Shown piece by piece: positions 50,861 through 64,000 of a stretch of 64,000 nt of DNA. Position 1 is the stretch's first letter. Every line of letters begins with the position of its first letter. The notes under the pieces are model-generated. The model saw only the letters and a program-made list of their open reading frames with translations. It made no database searches and was not told where the DNA came from. Location of the stretch: assembly GCA_964016885.1 (NCBI GenBank), contig OZ024755.1, positions 14,384,001-14,448,000 on the forward strand, in the 5' to 3' direction. Source of the DNA: Eledone cirrhosa. Its lineage: Eukaryota. The translations under genes were made by a program, and so were the position numbers.

Positions 50861-51182
50861 CGTGCAAAGCAAGCACACATTATTAATATTTGCTTAATGA
50901 GATATTTAGATCAAAACTTTTATTAATCATCCAGCAAATTATTTCTTGCACAATGAAGTAAATACTGCAGTCACATTTTTTACTTTAAAATTGCTACATA
51001 TTTCATGTTTCAAGCGAAGAAGAATATTTATGAGTCACATAACCTGTTAGATTGAGGCGAGCCATTAAATATTTAATCTTCCTGTAGTGTATCTAGCGGA
51101 AGTCAATTAAAATGGCTGACTTCATCCATCTCTAATAAATTCGTTGCAGTCGTGGCGCCACGACTATTTGGACATCTGCAGG

Positions 51183-51241
<59 letters not shown>

Positions 51242-51539
51242 CACACACACACATGTACACGCACATTCACACACTCGCATACATATAAATAAATAAATTT
51301 TACATAGATAGAATTATTTCATTGTATGGAATCATTAGCAGACTCCAGATGATTGCAAACAAATTAAACAGTTTTAGTTATTTCTATATGAAAATAAGTA
51401 TGTACCTTCTCTACTAAAGTAGAGAATACCATATCCTAATGAAGGGGTTAATCAAACAAATACACACATCTGCCTGTCTGTCTGTTTGTCTCTCTCTCTC
51501 TCACTCTATCTATCCATATATCTATCTATTATAAATAAA

Positions 51540-51706
51540 AAAAAAGAGAAGAATAACTGCACTGGTGGTTGGTAATCTTTAATAGTTCAAAGCTTTACAG
51601 TAAGTCATTATTGATATTAGTTCTGGTAATATCAATAACGACTTACTGTAAAGCTTTGAACTATTAAAGAATACCGACCTCCAGTCAAGTTATTCTTCTC
51701 TTTTTT
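51540..51706. repeat. Inverted repeat, arms about 80 bp, 7-nt loop
   Basis: ...ctttaatagttcaaagctttacagtaagtcattattgatatta-gttctgg-taatatcaataacgacttactgtaaagctttgaactattaaag... Confidence 0.95.
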
Positions 51707-51751
51707 CAAATATATATTACTGTTTCAAGGAATTTTTCCTTCATTTTCCAC

Positions 51752-51786
<35 letters not shown>

Positions 51787-52009
51787 GGGGAGAGACAGGA
51801 TCATCTATTAACAAAGCTCCTCAGGCAGCAGTAAATGTGTTTCGATATCATGCAGGGTATATCTTCCAGCTCTATTATTTATCTGGCACATTGAAAATAG
51901 GGATGGTCAAACTGAGAACTTACTAATATATCTACAAATATCATATATGAATATGAAGCCACTCCATCAAGCAGCAGATTTGTTATAGTTGACCATACAC
52001 ATCTACACC

Positions 52010-52047
<38 letters not shown>

Positions 52048-53186
52048 TGCTATAAAACCTTTGGAAATATTGGTTGGAAATATGAATTAATATTTGCGAA
52101 CACAAAAACATGACAGATAATCGATTATATTCCAATAATCGGATAAAACGTTTAAATATTCGACATATTCAGCCAATCATTCTCAAAGAATGGACTTTCA
52201 ATATGTGGAACAAGATTAAGATTTAATTTTCTGGACTATTAACATCGTCTTTAGAGTATATATTTACAATATTAATATCTTCGTTACATTTCAATCGATT
52301 TCATCTATGATAGTCACTCAGATTTAGTCACGCGTATTTTCGTTGACAAGTTGAATAAAGGGCTAAAGTTCGATTCCAATGGCGAGATGTGATTGAGATC
52401 GTGTCTTAGAGCATGATTGTTCTGATCAACACATATACACACATAGTTACTCATATATACATATATATTGCCCCCACCCCAGAAGTTAAGGGCCGAAACA
52501 CTTCCTTGAAGGGGGTTTATTCTCTGAAGATCTGCTCGTCCTGATCTCCAGAGAGTTTCTTACCACTATACAGTATATATATATGTGTGTGCGTGTATGT
52601 GTATATATATATATATAAAGTATAACAATATATATGTATATAAATATACGCACAGAAATATGTATGTTTGTATGACAAAGAAGTTATGATATAATATCTA
52701 AAACGTTTCCTGTTAGTTCCAAGATTTACCGATGTCAAAACAATCTAAAAAGTCCATTACACTAATGGGAATTCTAAGAAACAACAAAGATCACGTGTTA
52801 TAAAATATATACAAAACCACAACAGCAACATCAACAACAATAGTAGTAGATGTAGGAAGACAAAGAAAAGTAAGTGGAACTTGGTGCAACTGGGCATTGT
52901 TAATATAGGAACATACATTGATTTACACAGCTTGAGTAAAATAACTCGGTAACATAAACACATTGGATTTAAACATAAATAGGCTAAAGTGTTCCTATAG
53001 TACAGTAGCTGGAACCTAGTACATTATCAACATACACTAACATTATACTTACTACTGCTCCTCCTCATCCTCTTACTATTACTCTTGGAAAGAGAACGTC
53101 TAATATAGCAGTATCCTAACAAAATATCAAGCCGTCAATTCCTGTTGTTTAATCAAACAAACACACGCACACACATACACACACAC

Positions 53187-53255
<69 letters not shown>

Positions 53256-53554
53256 TATGTATGGTTATACACACACACACGCGCATTTATATATGTGGGT
53301 GGGAGTATGTTTAAACACACATACACACACATATATATGTTTAAATATTCAGACACACACACATCCATATATATATGTGTGTTTGTGTTCCCCCCCCCCC
53401 CCACACACACACATAATATACATGGCCGGAAAATAGAAAACGGAAGAGGAAAAGGTAGGAATAACATATTAGAGAGGGGGAGGTGGAGGGGCAAATGGTG
53501 GCGGGGAGAGTAATGAATTTGATATTGAAAATGGAAACAGGGAATGAATACACA

Positions 53555-53890
53555 AAAGTGGTGGGAGTAGTAGTAGCTATGGTGGTGGTAGTGAAGGTGA
53601 TAGCGAGAATTGTTGTTCAGGTTCATAGTGATGGAGATGATGGTAATGCTGATGGTAGTGATTGTTGGAGTAGTTTATAGTGATGATGAAGATGGTGATG
53701 ATAATGGTTATGATGATGGTGTGGGGTTGTTGGTAACGGTTAATAGTTTTGGCGGTGATGATGATGGTGATTTCGAGGATCATGATAATAATGGTTTGAT
53801 GATGATGGTTGGTGACGATCATATTATAGATGATGATGATGGTGAAGCTGCCAATAGGGATGATGATGTTGATGATGATGATAGTGTTAC
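53555..53890. repeat. (GAT/GGT)n degenerate trinucleotide tract
   Basis: Directly visible. Confidence 0.85.
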
Positions 53891-53899
53891 TGCTACTGC

Positions 53900-53984
53900 A
53901 TGAAAGTTAACCACGGTGGGATTTGAACTCAGAACGTAAAGCATGGTGTCTGATGCTCCACCGATACTGCCAATCCACCGCCCT
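53900..53984 (-). mobile_element. Internally deleted SINE family A
   Basis: gggatttgaactcagaacgtaaa...ccgatactgccaatccaccgccct matches the reverse complement of the 39453 head. Confidence 0.8.
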
Positions 53985-54502
53985 TATGATAATAATAATG
54001 ACATAATGATCATAAGGGTAATGCATATTTTGGAATGAGATGCTTCTGAGGATTTTGTCATAGTGATGATGATGACGATCATCATCATTATCATTATCAG
54101 AACCTCCACCACCGCTACAACTACCACCATCAACATCATTATCATCCTTACAACGGAATACTGTGTTGGTGAAACCATTATCACATGACAGATTTACTCA
54201 GCCCCACCCTCAACACCAATCTATACGACCTACCCTCCCTTCCTCACCCGATGCTATTTAGCTTACTCCGACAGCCTTCACCCCCTCTTCTTCCATTCAC
54301 CTTGCCATATCCCACTGCGTTCTCTCCCTCGCCCCGCCAATGTTCACATCTCACTAATGCAACGCTATTTCTATTCTCCAAACCGGTTCCATTACCAAAT
54401 ATCCAATTCTAGTTCCCTTCCATACACCTTTTTTCTCTATTTTTCCATTCTTCCGAATCTTTTATAGAAACCATATGATTCTTCACACACAAACACACGC
54501 TT

Positions 54503-54606
<104 letters not shown>

Positions 54607-54899
54607 TACACATGTATATATTTTCATAAACACATGCACACTTACACACGCACATATATATATATATATATATATACATGTGTGTCCGTGTCCCTTAACC
54701 AAATTAAACAATGGTTTCACTCTCTTCTTTTAAAAAGTAAACTATCAAATGAACTAAAATAAACATTTTAATAATAGTAGCCGTAATAAAATCATTGATG
54801 TTGGTTGAAATGATAGAATAGTTGTCTCTAACTTCAGTGCATCAGTGTCATGGTTTCAAATTAAGATGGCCGTCACTTTTGATTTGCTTCGATCACTCG

Positions 54900-54958
<59 letters not shown>

Positions 54959-55744
54959 GGAAAGGAAAAGAGCCGATCTTCAGATCGGACCATAGAAATT
55001 ATATTTACGTTTTTCAAAGATCACAGCATTCGTGTGTGACAGACGGGGAAAATAAGTCTGTGCAGTTAACATAATGTAGATTAGACGTTAATCTATCTAA
55101 ACTACTTAGCAATCAGGAAGTTATTACAGCTTAGTATAAGAATCAAAGTAGATTAGTTTCCGGATTTCTTTAATTTTCATCGTGTTTAACAATTCTATCT
55201 TTGATCTTCCATTTTCAATCTAAATTCTTTAATTCTATATCATTCAATACTCACAATAAATCGCTTTACTTTTAATCCCCATAATCATTTATCTCACTTT
55301 ATCTATTAATCTTATCATTTTTACTATCGCTAGTCATTAATCTCTACCAGGAGTTGAGACTGGCAGATAGTATCATCAATAGAAAGATCAATGGAAACAT
55401 AGATTCCTTGGTCCAGTTTAATCATCAGCTCATTTCCTTTCGTTTTTTCATTAATCTCTTAGATTTTAATGTTTCCAATCTTTAATCTAATATTATCTGT
55501 CCTATTTTGAAACAATATTTACCTTATTATTTTAATCATAAGTTTTAGAATATTTACTTCACTTCAATTCTCTCTTAATTCTACTAGTTTCAAACTGTCC
55601 ATTATTTTATTCCTTAAATCTGTCTTACTCTTTAAACTCAGAAATCTTTATAATCATTCCCCTGTAATTATTCATTTTCTTTAAACATTTCTTTTGTAAG
55701 TTTCCTGTTATGAGATTTACTCACTTCCTACTTTCTATCTTGTC

Positions 55745-55995
55745 CCAGAAAAGAAATTTCAACTGGTAATGTTTTTTTAAAATTTTGATTATAAAACGCG
55801 TCTTCAACAACAAATATCTGAACTTAACAGAATTTATGGCCAGTTTTTGACCTTGCTATATGTCTGAGAAACCATGACTCCATATCGTCGCGACATCCAA
55901 AAATTGGAAGGCTTTCACCAGCAACAGCTTCATTCAATCTTGAACATCAAATGAGAATACTATGCGACTTAGAACAAGATTCTAGAAATGCTAAG
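55745..55995 (+). pseudogene. RTE-clade LINE RT C-terminal remnant
   Basis: KRVFNNKYL...TLLYV*ETMTPYRRDIQKLEGFHQQQLHSILNIK*; matches RTE LLYGxETWTxYRRH.xxLxxFHxxCLRxILxIxW. Confidence 0.8.
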
Positions 55996-57504
55996 AGTAA
56001 CTTTCCGCCAGTACGTTTTCTTTTATTTACTGTGATAGTTTTACTATTACTATTGCCTGAAGAATTATAGAATACAAAACGCAATGAATACAAATAGGAA
56101 AGAAGAAAGGTGACGACGGTTGATGGCAATAATGACATTATTTGTAGTAATAACAATACTAATAATAGTAGTAGTGGTGGTGGTGTAGGGTAGTAATGCT
56201 AGTAGTAGTGGCATTTATGGCAATAATATCGGTAATATGTGGTTATGGCGTATTTGAATGTGTATGTGTTTGCCTCTGATGTATGTGAATGTGTATATGT
56301 TTGGTTATGGCGTATGTGAATGTGTATGCGTATGCCTACGGTATATGTGAAAATATTTGCGCATGTGTGTGTGTATCTATGTGGAGTAGAAACATAAATC
56401 TAGGAAGCAACGAAGCAAAAATATGGGTGTCACTCCGACTCATTTAATTCTAGTTTGGGAATTTGGCAAACACACTTCAACATGTCTGAATAATATTGCC
56501 GACATTTTACTAACGTCTAGATGAACAACTGAAGGGGGTCATTGTTATAGTATATGCAGCAGGCACACATATACATACACATACACACATACTCACCTAC
56601 ACACGTAGACACACACACATATATACACATACACTGACACACACAAACCCTCGCTCACACACGTAGCTACAACAACAGAGACACACACATACAAACCCAG
56701 ACACTCACCCACACACGCAGACACAGCATACACATATACGCACGCATACACATATACGCACACATGCACATATACGCACACATACACATATACGCATACA
56801 TATACGGACACATATAGACAGCCTCATAGAGACACACATAGACACATACACATACATATAGACAAAAATATGCACACATAGACACTCATATACTCACATA
56901 TAGATGCATACAGACGCACACACATACATGCAAATACGCACACACACACACACATATATATATAGGTGATATATATTCGACACCGAATGAACTGAATGGC
57001 GTTCATAATAAATTTTATTTAAGTATACTTCACGGACAGAGAATATAAACATTAAGTCAGTTGTTAGCTACTCTGGACGGGAAAGAAAGATTGTAACAAG
57101 AAACTAAGAAAAGGCTGGAATAATACGTAGTAGAAAAATCTAGTATCCTTGGACCCCGAAACAATTCCCTAATTACTTGAATCGGGATGGAGATGGTCAT
57201 CTCGAGAAACAATCTCCGCGAGTTGCCTTGGCTATTTTTTTGCGCATTTCCGCGAATAGGAAGCAAAAACTTTTTGATGTTTTATATTCGGGTCCGTGGA
57301 GCAACATCGACCTGATGCTTTGTATCCGGGTCTGTGTAGCAACATCGATCGATTTGATGGTTTGCAAATGATATGGAGATCTACTAGATTAGATATATAT
57401 ATTTAGCTGAACATATCTTTGTTTTTCACCCAATAGTTCTAGCAGAAAGAAGATATAGTATATTTATTTATGCTCTTTTTCGTTCTGCGTTTAACTACTT
57501 CCAA

Positions 57505-58020
57505 GATGAGGACGCAATATGACTGAATGTTGAGGAGGTTTACTTCGTAATCGTAAGATCCAAGATTCGATCCTCTGAGTGATATTTTGAGAGTGAAATT
57601 GGATAAACGTAAACTGTTTAGAAGCGCGTCTGGTGGAGTGTACCTCTGATCACAATTACGTCGGTTCAATTCTTGAGCTGGGTTATATGTTGTGTTCTTG
57701 AGCAAAACACTTCATTTCATGTTGCTCCAGTATATAATCAGCTTAAAATGAGTACCAGCAATAGCTGGAGGTTTAACCCTGCGATGGACTTGCGTCTTGT
57801 CGAGGGGTGAATCATGTACTCTACGTCACTTTACGCCACGGAAAACGGGATAAGCATCAGCCTGGTGAACCTTTCGGCTCGAGACAGAATTTAGACATTT
57901 TTAGTACACTTGTCTGTATCGAATATTCAAACGTTTACCCACTGATATCATGAGCAAGATGGCAAATTCTATTAGTTGATCGAACAACTGATACACTCAT
58001 CGCTGCAACCGACGGAGGTC
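57505..58020 (+). mobile_element. Nested SINE cluster including a copy with a conserved central domain (MetaSINE/MESC-like)
   Basis: tRNA-like heads near 57510 and 57650; gtgttcttgagcaaaacactt...aaatgagtacc...aaccctgcgatggact...gaaaacgggataagc; family B tail at about 57900-58015. Domain name is from recall. Confidence 0.65.
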
Positions 58021-58658
58021 CTCTCTACTCCTACTGTAGTCAACAAGTACTAGATTGAATTAATTTTTCTATAATGCACCCCTACCTTATATGTGAGTAG
58101 AGAATTATTATTGAAGCTTTGTGTGTATGTATATTATGTATGTTATGTATGTGTTATGTATGTATGTATGTAATGTCAGTAATGTGTGTATGTAATGCGT
58201 GTGTGTGTGTATTTATCATATAATGGGGCATGTATGTGTGTAATGTGTGTGTGTGTGTATGTGTGTATCTATCACATAATTGGGTATGTATGTATATTAT
58301 ATGAGTGTGTATAAATAACTGTCTGATTCTATTTATCAAAATCAATTATAAAAATAATGGAATGTTATGTTGAAATACTAACGAAAAAAGAAAATAAAAC
58401 AAAATAACAAAAATCAACAACAACAACAGCAACGACGACGACAATGACGACAGAATTAAAATTAACCCCGCCCCAGAGAATTTGAAGAAAAATTGAAAAG
58501 TATACAGGAAATGAAATTCTTTCTAATATTCTATTAATTTCGAGAAAACTATCCCGCTGCTGAAAATTATTGGAAGACAGAAATAGTCTCACATTTTGAA
58601 AAGACTCTTTAAGCTGGAAATTTTTTCGATTTCAACAAATTTTAAAACACTCATCAAT

Positions 58659-62690
<4,032 letters not shown>

Positions 62691-62794
62691 CTTGTGCATG
62701 CTTATTTATATATTTATGTTTCTGTATTTATGCGTACAAGGCTACAGGCGCTCTCTTGTATATATATATGTAGTGTTTGTTTGTGTGTGTGTGA

Positions 62795-63220
62795 TGTAAC
62801 ATCGTAGCGATTGTATATGAAGTAGAACTCCCATTTACTAAAGCGAACATTAATATGGTGCCTAAACATCATGTATGTATGGGCGATGTTAAATTTAAAC
62901 AACGTTATTTTAATCATACTACAGACATTGTAAAGAGGAATGAAACGATATTATCCAATTATATTTGGAATTTGAATGAAAATGTTATAGATTTCAATAC
63001 CAAGTGGAAGATCCTTGGGCGATACAGACTGTATAGAAATTTGACAAAGAGTTGAGGATTATGTATAGCTGAAGTGAGTCTCGTATTGAAAAGCATTAAC
63101 AATCCCGCAAATTATCTAAATGCAAGATCAGAAATATTTACAAATTGCCACCATTTTGATAAGTTTCTTCTAAAATCCTCTAAGATGTCATCCTCACCCG
63201 CCTCTTTATTTCATAAGTAA
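62795..63220 (+). pseudogene. PLE C-terminal GIY-YIG endonuclease remnant with one in-frame TGA
   Basis: Single frame: CNIVAIVYEVE...VCMGDVKFKQRYFNH...ETILSNYIWNL...KWKIL...KS*GLCIAE...YLNARSEIFTNCHHFDKFLL. Confidence 0.85.
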
Positions 63221-63929
63221 CCGTTTTCTTTTACGTTTCTATATAACTGCAAATCTTTCACTTCTCTCTCTAATACCTCCCCTGCAGATTTACTTGTTAA
63301 TTGATTTGTCTGAACGTATTATAACTTTTATAACATATTTTGTCGTAATATCCTAAAACACGTTTTCTATATATTTTCTATTTTTCTGTTTTCTATTTCT
63401 TCTTATTATTTTGTATTTTCATCTGCATCTTCATATATATTTTAATTCATATTTCTTAAATAACATAATTCTGTAACTACCGAACGGAAATGTCTTATAA
63501 TTACTAATATTCATATGTGAAGAGGTGTATTCCTTATATAATTTCTGAGATGGCATGCATCGCCAGAGCTTATATATTGCGCCTGTTTGTTGCTTGAAGT
63601 TTACCGATTACTGAAGTATGGAACTTGAAGTAACGATAAAATGTTTTATATTTAACGAACTATATCATATTATACACACACACACATACACACACACACA
63701 CACACACATATATACATGAGAAACATAGAGGTCTTGAGAGATCCTCTTCCATATTCGCCGAGGTTCCCAACGGATCCTTTGATAATGGATATGGCATCCG
63801 AAATATATTGGGAAAGTTAAATATTACCAAGGTAACATAAACTCTGCTTTCTGTTTTTCTACATTTCCTCTCTTTCTTTGAGCTCAACCTCACCCGTGTC
63901 ATTCCTCAACCGATTTTGTTACTTCAAGT

Positions 63930-64000
63930 GAAGGCTTGTGACCGAATGGTTAGTTTATTCAACTTACGTACATAGTGTCATGGGTTCGATTCCTGAATTG
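63930..64000 (+). mobile_element. tRNA-head SINE start (runs off window)
   Basis: gaaggcttgtgaccgaatggttag...gggttcgattcc. Confidence 0.7.

Noticed and set aside
51830-51872. Hammerhead on the minus strand (ctggaa-GATAT...ATATC-gaaac)
   Set aside because: Core is two bases short and stems I and III do not form.
52485-52560. Hammerhead near ctgaagatctg...cagagag and ccgaaac
   Set aside because: GAAA is missing after stem II, and the gaaac lies upstream in the wrong order.
53610-53903. Acidic Asp-rich ORF
   Set aside because: Explained by the (GAT)n microsatellite.
54860-55080. Second Helitron on the minus strand
   Set aside because: Plausible TC 5' end but no matching hairpin-CTAG 3' end found.

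Overview
Very AT-rich eukaryotic DNA, not prokaryotic. The SINE families and (TA)n load suggest an octopod cephalopod, though this is recognition from memory with no database check. No intact protein-coding gene is visible. About half the window is kilobase-scale compound (TA)n microsatellite, and the giant 'IYIY' ORFs are artefacts of it. The rest is decayed mobile DNA: many tRNA-derived SINEs, a CR1-group LINE 3' fragment present twice in a 6,472-bp tandem duplication, Penelope-like element (PLE) RT and GIY-YIG remnants, CRE, RTE and other LINE scraps, and one complete non-autonomous Helitron. One possible host exon lies at 24526-24769 (-). The most interesting signal is a set of minimal type I hammerhead ribozyme motifs in short islands inside the (TA)n arrays. 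Several carry a U3-A8 variant core. They cluster in a non-coding 3.15-kb unit (35237-38390) with direct and inverted repeats, and a 27-bp duplication starts at one predicted cleavage site.
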